DNA of 63,178 nucleotides, the filler included. It is 8 parts of 8 records of this genome, joined end to end, with 100 filler letters (N's around TTAATTAATTAA, not from the genome) between each part and the next. Parts side by side here need not be neighbours in the genome. Positions count along the whole stretch, not along the records: positions 17,134 to 31,156 come from SRR31147125_75703; 7 more parts are not named here. One strand, written 5' to 3'. Under the pieces are notes generated by a model, which ran no database searches, was not told the DNA's origin, and worked only from the letters and a program-made list of their open reading frames with translations. Positions 17,583 to 30,064 of the stretch are shown here, piece by piece; position 1 is the stretch's first letter, and the number at the start of each line of letters is the position of its first letter. The position numbers were made by a program, and so were the translations under genes.

Positions 17583-19966
17583 ATGATTACTAAAATGAAA
17601 AAGTACAGCAAGAATATGATTAAAAGAATATATCCTGCAATAATTCGTATTCGTATGCTTGTCATAACCGGATGTGTGATATTGATTGCTTTTTTCTTTG
17701 CGTGTTCGACAAAAACTCAGATTAATGATTATCCGCACCCTGTAAAAAATCCCGACTCACCTGTCATGCTCGCAGGTGACTGGGTTCCGGAGGACTCACA
17801 TCAAATTAATTTTTCTGGTCTTCCAAAAATCCCATCAGAACATGTGGTAATTAGTGATGTTCGTGCTCAGAATGGAGTGAACCAGCACAATTACCTTGTA
17901 TATTATGAGGGGCGATACTGGATTATGTGGAGTGACGGACCTGGTGTAGAAGACCGTGTTGGCCAACGGGTGGCTTTTGCCACAAGCAGCAACGGATTAA
18001 AATGGAGTAAACCGAAATACATAACACCTTACCCACCAAAATCCGATCCCAACACGACTATTTACAATACACGCTCCGATAATGGTTTTCGTTATATTTC
18101 ACGGGGATTTTGGCAACGTGATGGAGAGCTGCTGGCCTTGGTTTCATTGGATGAAGCAGGTAATTTTTTTGGCCCAGGTTTGGAGCTTCATGCCTTCCGC
18201 CTTGATCCTGAAAATGACAGTTGGGAGGATATTGGCGTAGTTTATGACAATACAATCAATAATTTTCCTCCTAAATTGCTGCCTAATGGTGAGTGGATGA
18301 TGACTCGCCGCACATATGACCGAAATGTTTACATGCTAACAGGTGGTACAGAAAGTTTCGACAAATGGGAGACACATCCTGTGGTGAGTTATGGTGAAAG
18401 CGATTTGCAAGCTGAAGAGCCGTACTGGTGGGTATTGCCTGATGGAAATTTGCTGGCACTTTTTCGCGATAATGCCCGTAGTGGATTTTTGTTTCGAGCA
18501 TTCTCAACTGATTTTGGTCGCACGTGGAGCAGGCCAGTAAGGACGGATTTCCCTGACGCCAGGTCGAAATTTAACGGTTTGCAATTGAGTGATGGCCGTT
18601 TTGTTCTGGTCTCCAATGCCAATCCGAAAAAGCGAGATCCACTGGTATTATCAATTAGTGATGATGGATTGGTTTTTAACAAAATGGGTTACCTTGTGGG
18701 AGGACGGCATGTGGATTACCCACATGTGATGGAACACGACGGATATCTTTTGGTGGCTTTTGCCGGGGGTAAGCAGACGGTAGAGGTATTAAAAATAAAG
18801 ATATCCGATCTGGACAGGCTGGAGATGCCTTCCGAACCGTTGGTAGATATACCTCATCCTGTTACGAATCCACAATCAACTGTCATGCTGGCTGGTGACT
18901 GGGTCCCCAAAGATCCGAATCAGATTGATTTTGATAACCTGCCCCACGTACCCTCAAAGCACGCAGTGGTCAGCGATGTGCGTGACAAAGGTGGAAAATG
19001 GGTTCATCAGCATGGATATCTTGCACATTATAAGGATAGATTCTGGGCTATGTGGAGTGACGGACCTGGCGTACAGCGTACTACGCCGGACAAACACAGA
19101 AATGTCGTGCCTGGACACGATCGAGCCGGTACGCGGGTTTCTTTTGCTACCAGTCCGGACGGCCTGAACTGGAGTAAGAAAAAGATCTTTCAGGACCGCC
19201 AGCTGATGGATTTGGCTGGATTGCTCGTGGATTCTGGGAAAGAGAAGGTGAATTGCTGGCGCTGGCTAGTCATTTCAACGCTCCCGGGTATACGGGTAAG
19301 GGATTGAGTCTGGAAGCATTTCGCTGGGATGAAGACACGAATAGTTGGAAGCCAGCCGGAACTGTTCAGGATGATGCTTTGAACAATTTTCCACCAAAAA
19401 AATTGCCCAATGGTGAGTGGATGATGAGTCGTCGTGACCATGTACGAAATGTGACGGTCATGTCCGGGGGAACTGCAGGTATCGATCAATGGCAAGTCCT
19501 TCCAATTGCAATGTATGTACAAGGGCAACAACAACCGGAGGAACCATATTGGTACATTCTCCCGGATAGGAAAAATATTGTAGGATTGTTTCGGGATAAC
19601 ACTGATTCCAAGCGCCTAATCCGGGCTTTTTCTACGGATAATGGTCAAAGCTGGAGCGAATTGGTCAGAACAAATTTCCCGGATGCCCGAAGCAAATTTT
19701 ACGTAGTGCATACCTCACGGAATTATTACGCACTGGTTTCGAACGCAAATCCACGCGGCCGGGATCCACTTACGCTGGCCATAAGTCGGGACGGATTGAT
19801 TTACACTAGTATGTTCTACCTGGTTGGGGGACGTCATATTGATTATCCGCATATGATCGAGCATGACGGAAGCCTGTATATCTCATTCTCAGGAGCCAAA
19901 CAGACGCTCGAGGTCTTGAAGGTTGATCTTGACGATCTTGACAGACTAGAGATGCCATCCAAATGA
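17583..19966 (+). CDS. Lipoprotein with two tandem BNR/Asp-box beta-propeller (sialidase-like) domains; frameshift at A5 19179-19183
   Basis: Lipobox FFAC, Asp-boxes STDFGRTWS and STDNGQSWS, and duplicated VMLAGDWVP and LDRLEMPS. One added A joins the two ORFs (WSKKKDLSG..IARGFWEREGELLAL). Confidence 0.8.
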
Positions 19967-20077
19967 TTGGTGATCATAGCGATGCTACTTGCATATGATG
20001 AAGGTATAATTTTAAATTCAAAAGTAAACACGACATGTTAATGGCTACCATCTTGACCAGGCATACAAAATATTCAT

Positions 20078-20375
20078 ATGAGAAATCGACTAAAAATAAT
20101 CTATACTAATTTTAGCCCCGAAAACATGATATTAAGGGATCATCTTGCATATGAGCGCACAATAATTGCTAATGAACGCACATTACTTGCCTACTTGAGA
20201 AGTTTTATTATGTTATTAGGCTTTGGTTTAACATTTATTAAAATTATAGATGATCCACTGTAAGTGTGCTGGATTATTTTTAATTCCTATTTCATTCGGG
20301 ATGCTGGTTCTTGGTTTTTTCAAGTATTTTCGATTAAGAGCAATATTAAAAAAAATATATCAAAATAATCCGTAA
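20078..20375 (+). CDS. DUF202 (YidH-like) small membrane protein, frameshifted near 20260
   Basis: Motif LRDHLAYERTIIANERTLLAYLR. A further TM segment (AGLFLIPISFGMLVLGFF) lies in another frame and ends at TAA 20373-20375. Confidence 0.7.
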
Positions 20376-20654
20376 CGATTTTTTACAGTCGCGTGGCTCC
20401 TTAAATAAATGAGAACTGGGAATCCAATATTCGACGTATCGCCAGAGTCCGGACCAAAACAGGAGCACGTTGTGTGTTGAGATCGCTGATTCAACCTTCT
20501 AACAGGGAGGAATGCGTTACAATGCTGAATCTCTGACATAAACATACAGAATGAAATTTTTTTAAATACTGATGTTTTAGATCTAACAAAATGAATATCA
20601 ATAGATTAAAAATTGATAAGAAAATATAATAGAACTTTTGAGGGAAAAATAAAA

Positions 20655-22037
20655 ATGAATATTCTGCTTTTCTGTGTTGATGATCTTCGGCCGAACCTGG
20701 GATGTTATGGCGATACAATCGCGGTGACACCAAATATTGATAAATTGGCTCAGAAAGGAGTTGTTTTTAATAATGCTTACTGCCAGCAGTCGATATGCAA
20801 TCCTTCCCGGGCGACACTGATGACCGGTAAAAGGCCGGAATCACATGGAGTCTGGGATTTAAAAAAGCATTTTCGAGAGGCTCTGCCGGAGGTCATAACT
20901 CTCCCTCAACTTTTTAAAGAGCACGGTTATTACACTCAAGCTATTGGCAAAGTCAATCATAATCAGCCTCCGATTATCGATCCACCTTCCTGGTGTGTGC
21001 CTGAAATGTTATTGGAAATCAGCAAACGGGACGAATATTTGCACCCTGAGAACCGTGTAGGAGGATTTATTCGACCCAGGCAGAAAATGGCGTCAGTAGA
21101 AATGGTAAATGCACCAGATAACGCATACGCTGATGGTCAGGTAGTAGATGCAGGGATTCAAAAGCTACGCGAAGTGAAGGTTAGACCTTTTTTTCTCGCC
21201 CTGGGTTTTAAAAGACCACACTTACCTTTTACAGCTCCAAAAAAATATTGGGATCTATATAATCGAGAGGATATTTCGCTTCCTGTTAATGCCACGCCAC
21301 CAAAGGGTGCTCCCAATATTAGTCTTCATGACTCGAAAGAGCTTAGGGGATATAAGGATATACCTGATGAGGGTCCTATTTCAGATGAAAAAGTGAGGGA
21401 ATTGCGACATGGATATTATGCCTGCACAAGTTTTATTGATGCTCAGGTAGGACGTGTATTGAATGAACTCGAGACGTTGGATTTACAAAAAAATACGATC
21501 ATCGTTTTTTGGGTGGATCATGGATTTCATCTTGGTGAACATGGGCTCTGGGCAAAAAGGACTGGATATGAGCTGGATGTGAGAATACCCCTGATAATCT
21601 CAGTGCCAGGTCAGCAAACTGCCGGCTCAAAGTCAAACGCCCTGGTTGAATTAGTAGATCTTTATCCAACTCTGGCAGATATTTGTAACTTACCGGTTAA
21701 TCAGCATCTTGAGGGAACAAGTATGAAGCCACTCATAGAGAATCCAAACAGATCCTGGAAAAAAGCGGCTTTCAGTCAGGCATATCAGCCATATACAGAG
21801 ATTTATACCAATGAGGAACCTGCAATTAAAAGCATGTCTATTCGAACAGTGGATTATCGTTATATTGAATGGTTCAACCAGAAAACTAAAGAAGTAATCG
21901 CACGGGAATTGTATGATCACAAAAATGATCCTCAGGAAACTGTAAATATGGCTAATGATGAAAAGTACAGGTGTACTGTGCAGGAGCATCATGAAATTAT
22001 TGCCGGAGGATGGGAACAGGTGGCGGATGATTTATAA
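20655..22037 (+). CDS. Formylglycine-dependent sulfatase, iduronate-2-sulfatase-like
   Basis: Motifs NILLFCVDDLRP, CNPSRATLMTG, GKVNH, GFKRPHLPF and DHGFHLGEHG. Confidence 0.92.
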   Translation: MNILLFCVDDLRPNLGCYGDTIAVTPNIDKLAQKGVVFNNAYCQQSICNPSRATLMTGKRPESHGVWDLKKHFREALPEVITLPQLFKEHGYYTQAIGKVNHNQPPIIDPPSWCVPEMLLEISKRDEYLHPENRVGGFIRPRQKMASVEMVNAPDNAYADGQVVDAGIQKLREVKVRPFFLALGFKRPHLPFTAPKKYWDLYNREDISLPVNATPPKGAPNISLHDSKELRGYKDIPDEGPISDEKVRELRHGYYACTSFIDAQVGRVLNELETLDLQKNTIIVFWVDHGFHLGEHGLWAKRTGYELDVRIPLIISVPGQQTAGSKSNALVELVDLYPTLADICNLPVNQHLEGTSMKPLIENPNRSWKKAAFSQAYQPYTEIYTNEEPAIKSMSIRTVDYRYIEWFNQKTKEVIARELYDHKNDPQETVNMANDEKYRCTVQEHHEIIAGGWEQVADDL

Positions 22038-22106
22038 ATGCCTACAACGTGTTATTAATAAAACAATTTAGCAAATATTGTAATAGAACTATTAACCTGG
22101 TTTATT

Positions 22107-24193
22107 ATGCCCAAAATTCAATATTTCGAAAACGATCTGGTTGTTTACGGTGCTACTCCTGGAGGAATTAGCACTGCTATATGGGCTGCACGTGAGGGAT
22201 TGAATGTTTTACTTGTCAGTTATTCAGCCCACATTGGCGGAATGTGGATAAACGGAGTGCAACTATTTGACACGCTTTACGAGGGTTTTCGTACACCTTT
22301 ATTGGAAGAGTATTTAAATAGAATCCGTTCGTATTATCGTAGCACATATGGTGAGGATAGTGTTCAATATCGAGCGACTTTATTTGGCGTCAGGTCAGAA
22401 TCATTTGCTCATCCCTGTTTTGAACCTTATGTTGCAGAATATGTTTTTAACGAGATGGTGAATTCTGAAAGTGGGATCAGACTCGAAAAAAAATATTTCC
22501 CAATCATAGCTGAAATGTCGGATCGAACAATAAATGGAATTCATTTTAAACACATTGATAGTGGCGAAACGATCTGTGCCAATTCAAAAGTATATATTGA
22601 TTCATCTTATGAAGGAGATTTGGCAGCTGTCTCTGGTGTACCATATCGAATTGGTCGGGAAGATCGAAGTGAATATGGAGAAAGATATGCAGGAAAGATA
22701 TTCGGAAGAAGAAGAACCGGTCTTTTTCCTTATGACGCTTTTGCTGGAAAATTAAATCTTCGCTGTTTTAAACATACAACAGGACAAATTTTTCCAGGAT
22801 CTACTGGAGAAGGGGATCGTGCGATTCAATCCTATAATGCCAGATTAACTCTTTCTTCAGATCCGAAAAATCGTCGATCTATTGTAAAACCAAAAAAGTA
22901 TGACCGGAATAGATATTTACCGCTTTTAGGTGATATCAATTCGACGTGGTTGTTCGATCACCTCTCAAGTCACAATTAATACTTGAAAAATTGAGCCTTG
23001 AAACAGTCGGTCTTAAAGGTGCATCAGCACATTCACGCCAGGGGCTTCATTCTAAAATTTATGGTTGGAATGCCGGTAATTACGTTGGGGAAAATTATGA
23101 CTACCCTGACGGGGATTGACCCTTCGGTCCGTCATTATAAAAGAACACATTGATCACGCGTTGGGATTATTATATTTCCTGCAAAATGATGAGCAGGTAC
23201 CCATAGATATAAAGATGGAAGCTAAAGAGTGGGGTTTGGCAAAGGACGAATATATGGATAATGACAACGTTCCCTATGAAATTTATGTACGGGAAGGGCG
23301 ACGATTTTTAGGGAGATATGTTTTTACTGAACATGACGTCATGATTGATAGAGGTATCCAACGTACTCCAATTCATTCTGATTCAATAGCAATAACTGAT
23401 TGGTATATCGATATTCATGATTGTACTACAGAGCGGAAATGTGGGAGTGAAAACGACGGATTATTAATGTTAACAGAGGAATCTCGTCCAGCCCAGGTGC
23501 CTTACGGAATATTGCTTCCCCAAAATATTGACAACCTGTTGACAACTGTATGTGTCTCGAGTAGTCATGTGATGGGGGGCGATCCGAACAGAACCGACAC
23601 TCGTGCACATAGGTGAAGCAGCTGGATTTGCTGCTGCACAAGCAGTTAAAGATAATAAACAACCTGCTTTGATTTCTATAGCTAAATTGCAAAAAACATT
23701 GATAGAAAATCGAGTTATGATTTCTTTCTTTAACGAATTTGACATGAAAACAGAAAAAAGATGGGTCCCGGCAATTCAGTTTTTGAGTACCAAAGGCTTT
23801 TTCGAAAGTTTTGATGCAAAACCAGAGACCTTGTTAAATGTTTCTACTCTTAAAATATGGATTGAAAAAATTGGTCAGCTTTTATTCGATAAGAATATCC
23901 GTTTTTCAGCAAACCGACAGTGTGATGAAAATGAGAAAAATAAGGATAGGATAATTTCTACGGGAGAATTTGTAGAATTAATCAAAAGTAGAATCGAGCA
24001 GAAAGATGTTGTCAAATGCGATTTTACTTTTCTCGATGTATTTTATAAGAATGAGAAGCCTATTTGTCGAGGTGATGCGTGCTTTATTTTTTATGAAATG
24101 TTGAATAAATTAAAATATTTTGATGACCAGGATTTTAATAGCAAAACAGGAAGAGATATTATAGATATTTTGAGCGATAAGGAGAATTTATGA
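22107..24193 (+). CDS. FAD-dependent oxidoreductase (FAD_oxidored/PF12831-like), split by about three frameshifts
   Basis: Motifs VVYGATPGG, IDSSYEGDL..GVPYRIGRE, IQSYN.R, WGLAKDEY, YVREGRR, QVPYGILLP and HIGEAAGFAAA run in order across ORFs 22107, 23116 and 23603. Confidence 0.8.
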
Positions 24194-25757
24194 GGCTGCA
24201 TTTTCTTGACATTCTGGCAATTGTGGGGTACATGGGCGGAACAGCTCTGATTGGTGTGTATTTTTCCCGAAAAAACAAAAGTACAGAGGAATACTTTGTC
24301 GGTGGTCGATCCTTTCCCGGATGGGTAATCGGATTAAGTCTTGTTGGGACCGGGATTAGTTCTGTAACTTTCCTTGCCTATCCAGCTGATGCATTTAAAA
24401 CGTCCTGGATCAGATATCTACCAAATGTTTTAATGCCGTTGGCTGTACTTTTCGCTGCCTACTTTTTCTGCCGTTTTTCCGGAGAGGTAAAATAACCTCC
24501 GCTTATGAATATTTAGAGGGTAGATTTGGTGTCTCTGTACGACTTTATGGATCCGCTTCGTATATACTCAGAGGCTTAATTAGAATTAGTATTATGCTTT
24601 ACCTCGTCTCAATTCTTTTTCGTGAAGTCACTAATCTAAGTTTACCAATGTGTATTGTTATAGCAGGTATATTTGTCACCTTTTATACTGTTCTTGGAGG
24701 GATTGATGCTGTTATTTGGACGGATGTTATTCAAACGATAGTTCTTGTTAGCGGGGCACTGCTTTGTCTTGGTGTCGTCGTGTATCAGCTACCTGGTGGT
24801 TTCGACCAAATTTTTAGTGTAGCAGTTGCACAAGGGAAACTGTCCTTTGCTGAATTGGTTAATGGAGAATTGGTTCCTATTTCCTGGAAATTTTCATTGA
24901 GTGAAAAAACAGGCAGTATGATGATGTTGTTTGGCCTAACGATTTGGCTAACTATGTATAGTAGTGAACAAGCCACAATACAACGATATTGTGCCTCTAA
25001 AAGTGTTAAAGAGGCCAGAAAAGGGATGTTTTGGGTGGTTGCGGCTAGTTTACCTATCTGGGCCTTTTTTATGTTTCTCGGCACAAGTCTTTTTGTCTTT
25101 TTTCATGATTCACCAACGCCTGATTCCGTAGCCATGCTTGCAGGAGACATAAAGGCAGAACACATCGTTCCTTATTTTATTATGAATTACCTGCCACCCG
25201 GCATATCTGGCATGGTGATAGCCGCAGCACTCGCTGCTGCCATGTCCTCACTGGATTCGATTATTAATGCTATATCCACTGTGCTTACTGTTGATTTCTT
25301 TAAACCACATCTTATAAAAGGAAAGAGTGATACATATTATTTAAGGTTAGCACGAATATTTGCCCTGCTGGCTGGGGCCATTATGATTAGCGGAGCGCTG
25401 TTCCTATCAGTAACAGAGACCAAAACTCTTGAACACACAGCTTTGGTGCTTGCCTCGATCATTATTTCCGGGCGATTGGGATTATATTTATTGGGATTTT
25501 TTACTACCATTGGTGATGCAAAAGCGGCCTGGACAGGCCTCACGTTTAGTTTCTTGTTCACGTTATGGTCGATTCTGTCTGAGAAAAACATGTTACCTGC
25601 TGGTTTAACTTTTCCTTTCGATCTTTATTATACCAGTATCGTAGGCAATATTATCATGTTTATAGTAGGTTTTTTTGCCGCTGCTTTGATCCCAACTAAA
25701 AAACGAGATCTTGCTAATTTATCTATATGGACTCAGGATGGTGCACCACTTCAGTAA
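24190..25757 (+). CDS. Sodium:solute symporter (SiaT/SSS sugar-acid type), frameshift near 24465
   Basis: Motifs EYFVGGRSFP, ISSVTFLAYP, SAYEYLEGRFG, GGIDAVIWTDVIQ, QRYCA and AAAMSSLDS. Confidence 0.88.
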
Positions 25758-26077
25758 ATACCGTGCTTGTTTTGTAATGATTAGAGTAAGTGATTTGGGA
25801 CTACATATGTTGGTTTTAAATAGTACTATGCTATAATGCATTATTCGCTACATGAATGCAATTATATGATGGGCAAAATAGGTGACCAGCTATGGTTGAC
25901 TCGTACCTGTTTTTAAAAGGCAAAAAATTGTTCGGTGGATTATGAAAACAAATATCATTATAAAAAAAGAAAATCCAGAATAATCAAATTTTCATTAAAT
26001 TATTAAACTGTATTAGATGAACTAATTTAATATAAAAGTGCTATGAATAAATGAATTCGTAAAGGAAGGCTATATTT

Positions 26078-28383
26078 ATGTCAGGAGATTATATTAATTC
26101 ATTAGCTAACGTAGATATTCTTGTCATCGGTGGCGGTATGTCTGGTTTAATGGCAGCAATGGCGGCAAAAGATGCGAATAATAAGGTTTTAATTGTTGAA
26201 TCGAGTAATGTTCTAGGTGGTCAGGGAACAACAGGTGGTGTAGCAGGATTTTGCGGGGATACCATAAGAGTAAATTCGATTTTTAAAGAACTGGTGGATA
26301 AATTAGCGGAACATAATTTAATAGCTGAATATAATCCAAATGCAGATAGACGCGAATATGATTTAGAGTGGTGTGCGTTTTTTCTGCAGGAAATGATAAT
26401 TGAACGTGAAATTGATGTACTGCTTCATTCACGGGTCACTGATGCTATTGTAACTGACGGTCGGATTGAGACCGTTCGAATTTCCACGGCTGGTGAGGAA
26501 TTTGAATGCAGACCACATTTTGTTGTTGATGCATCAGGCGTAAATATTGTACCTATTCGTGCTAATTTCCCTGTAGTTAACGAAGGTGCAAATAAACAGT
26601 TGCCAATGAGTCTTTACTTTACTCTCTGGGATACTGGAAAAAAGTAAAACCCTTTCTGCCAGCCGGATGTCCCAAATGGTCTGGTCCGGATGAAATTCCT
26701 ATGACGTCACTACACTTTTTCCCTTCAGGGAAAGTTGAAGTGAAAATTAAAGTTGTTGGCTTTGATGCTGCTGATGGATTGAGTTTGTCACAGGCTGAAG
26801 TTTTTGCGCGACGACAGATGATGGGCATAATCTATTTTTTACAGACCCACGGATATAAAGGTCATATTTTAGATACCTACGTCCTGGCTTCTGTATCAAG
26901 GGCTATCGGAGTTAGGGAACAGCGACGCATCATTGGGGAACATGTTTTGACCTTTGAGGAAATTAAAAATGCATGTGTTTTTGATAATGGAGTTGCAATC
27001 GGTACTTATCATACAGATTACCATTGGACGGATAAAGCTCAACGTGCCGGGACAGGTATTATTGAAATGCTGGAACCATATCAAATACCTCTTCGCTGTC
27101 TGGTCCCAAAAGGTTCACAAAATTTACTGGTCCCTGGCCGTGGTGCATCAGCAGATCAAATGGCAATGAGTTCATTCAGAGTAATGGCGACTGTAGCGCA
27201 GATGGGATTTGCTGCTGGAATGGCAGCAAGACAATGCGTGCGTAAAAGTATAAGCCTTGAGGATATTAATGTCCCGGAATTGAAAAAGGAAATAGAAGAA
27301 GGCGGGCAAATACTCGACTTGTCATACTATGGGGAATATCTCAGGGAGATGCTTTTTACACATGAATATGTCTTTAATCCCATACAACACTTTAATCAGT
27401 GCCATGCACCAACAATAGTGCAATTAAAAAATAACAAGTTTCTTGTCGCCTGGTTTGGAGGGACTGAAGAGGGACATAAGGATAACGGCATTTGGATGGC
27501 TGACCGTTTTCAAACAAAATGGTCACATCCGCGTTTAGTTGCCAAAGTTAATGATGAGCCTCACTGGAATCCGGTTCTTTTTCGAACACCAGATGAGCGG
27601 TTACTGCTCTTTTTTAAGGTTGGACCAAATCCAGAAGAATGGGATTCCTGGCTGACAAGCTCAGTAGATGAAGGGAAAAATTGGTCGAAACCAACTCTGT
27701 TGCAGGATAAGAAACATAATATACCGATTGGTCCTGTTAAGAATAAACCAATTGTATTATCGGATGGTACATGGTTAGCTCCTAACTCGGTCGAAACAGA
27801 ACATCAGTGGGATGCGTTTGTCGATATGTCGATTGATGATGGGAAAACCTGGGAACATAGTAAATTTGTTCCTGTGGATCATGCAGATTTTAAAGGTAAG
27901 GGAATCATACAACCAACATTGTGGGAGTCAAAGCCCAATCATGTGCACATGCTTCTTCGCACAACGAGTGGAAATATATATAAAAGTGATTCTAAGGACA
28001 ATGGCCGTACCTGGAGCAAAGCTTACCCTTTATCACTTCCTAATAATAATAGTGGGATAGATATAGCCAAATTAAAGGATGGTTCACTGGCTTTAGTTTA
28101 TAATCCCGTTTCTATCAATATGGGTCCGCGTACACCATTATCTGTTGCGATATCTAAGGATAATGGTGAAACATGGTCTCACAAAGTCGATATTGAAAAG
28201 GGTGCAGGTGAATTTTCCTATCCATCAATAATACCTACTGAGACAGGCATGGCAATTGTCTATACTTACAAACGAGAGCAAATCAAATTTTGGCATGGAT
28301 CCATTGAACGTGTATTGTCTGACTATGATTTGAATAAACTTCAATACGAAATATATAACGGTGTTAGTGGTGATATAAAATAA
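26078..28383 (+). CDS. Fusion of an FAD-dependent oxidoreductase and a BNR/sialidase-like beta-propeller; frameshift at A6 26638-26643
   Basis: GGGMSG, GVREQRRIIG, YQIPLRCLVP and SSFRVM are followed in frame by CHAPTIVQL, HWNPVLF, GPVKNKP, four Asp-boxes (SxDxGxxW), PNNNSG and FSYP. Confidence 0.82.
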
Positions 28384-28514
28384 CAAAGGTCGAGTCATTT
28401 TAGAGTTCGTTTCGTGACATTGGAGTACCAAAAATTTTATTGCTCCGGACGAAAGCATGTGAGGCAACTTGTCATTAAAACAAATATTCAGGCCTTTAAC
28501 CTGGCACTCATCGT

Positions 28515-29996
28515 TTAAGCTATTTTTCTTTTTGTGAATTTATCATAATAGTAGAGCAAAACCCCATAAACAATAAAAAGAGCACCAATTATCGAGAAAT
28601 AGATACCATATTCCTTGAAAATTTCATTGTAGCCTTCAAGCGGTCCGGCTTTTGACAAAAGATGGATACCTTTTATGAAAGGTATGCACGCGCTCACAAA
28701 ACCAATACTACCCCAAAATTTATGTGGTTTGTTTTTTCTAAAGGGATTGATTTTATTTCTGATTATATCTGTGGACAAAAAGTACCAGAAAAGAAGAATC
28801 CATAGACTCCATGAGAGGATTTGCCATATGGTTAGGCTGCGGAAATAGCCAAACAGATTAGTGATCGGGCTTGCCCATACTTTTTCGCGTGGAACCATCC
28901 TGCGATCGCGGTAGAGCAAAACTGTTATTTTTTCCTGATCATGGTGACGTAAGATTTCCATGATTTCTTTACGTTTCTCGCTATCCTGTTTGTTGTGCCA
29001 TCCAGGTATAGTGAACGCGTTCCAGGCAAACGCCGCGCTGCCATAGCCGTGATAATCACAGTCACCGAGCATTAAAAGACCGTTCGATTTGCAATGTTTG
29101 ATGATGTCTTCGATTACCTGTGGATCATAAAATATACCTTCTGCCTGATTGGCAATCTCAAATCCCTCGGCGCCAATGTCGATATAGTGTTGTATGGATT
29201 TGCGTTTGTCAGCAAACCAGTGAGCAATAACCGCGCAGCCGCCCTGAGCCTGTACGGAATCTATGGCCGTGGAATCCGGATAATCCTTGGTGTTGAAATT
29301 CCTTTTCAAGCCCAGCAATAAAATATGGTTGCTGCCCGAATATTCCTGTCCACACAGGACGAGTGGGGAAGAGGGGGTGCTGCCTGACCTTTGCGCTTTA
29401 ACTAATTCGAGGGTTTTATTATGATTATTATGTTCGGTCAGAAAAAAAGCGTCAAAACCATTACGTTTGTGCCAGCGCATGAGTTTGTCATGGGAGATGA
29501 TGCCATCATGACTGTAATGGGAATGGCTGTGCAGGTTTATTAATACAGCATTTTTATTATTATTGATAATTGTGTTACTGGGCAGAGGAACAAATATAAT
29601 GAGTATCATAACTGCAATCCCGGTTATCAATACAATCGGAAACCGAACAAGCCACGCTTTGAATCCCTGCCATAACGCCCTGAATGGGCTTGTAGGAGTG
29701 GAACGAATGTTTTTTATTATCAAAAAAAATAATAGCGCGATGATGAGCCATAATAAAAGAACAAGAATTTCCACCAAAGGTTGATCCGCGCGCAGGTAAA
29801 ATAAAAGAGGACCCAAAAAGGGCTCAAATAGTATTCTCCATATGGAAATGTGGATGCCAAAACCCTCTGCTGCTGTCCCACTCAAAGCGTCAACAATCTG
29901 AATGGGGATTCGAAAAAAAACAGAAACCACAAAGATGAACAATATAAATATACCGGGGAACCATAATGTTTTGTATTTTTTCGAAGAATCAGGCAT
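28515..29996 (-). CDS. Membrane-anchored PHP-domain metallohydrolase
   Basis: Motifs LHSHSHYSHDG, TEHN, GQEY, IAH and DCDYHG, flanked by TM helices on both sides. Confidence 0.8.
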   Translation of the reverse strand: MPDSSKKYKTLWFPGIFILFIFVVSVFFRIPIQIVDALSGTAAEGFGIHISIWRILFEPFLGPLLFYLRADQPLVEILVLLLWLIIALLFFLIIKNIRSTPTSPFRALWQGFKAWLVRFPIVLITGIAVMILIIFVPLPSNTIINNNKNAVLINLHSHSHYSHDGIISHDKLMRWHKRNGFDAFFLTEHNNHNKTLELVKAQRSGSTPSSPLVLCGQEYSGSNHILLLGLKRNFNTKDYPDSTAIDSVQAQGGCAVIAHWFADKRKSIQHYIDIGAEGFEIANQAEGIFYDPQVIEDIIKHCKSNGLLMLGDCDYHGYGSAAFAWNAFTIPGWHNKQDSEKRKEIMEILRHHDQEKITVLLYRDRRMVPREKVWASPITNLFGYFRSLTIWQILSWSLWILLFWYFLSTDIIRNKINPFRKNKPHKFWGSIGFVSACIPFIKGIHLLSKAGPLEGYNEIFKEYGIYFSIIGALFIVYGVLLYYYDKFTKRKIA

Positions 29997-30064
29997 AAAT
30001 TTCAGTTATCCTTTGATATCTAAATGAGATGATGAATTTTTAATTTAAATGAAAAGCGCAATTA

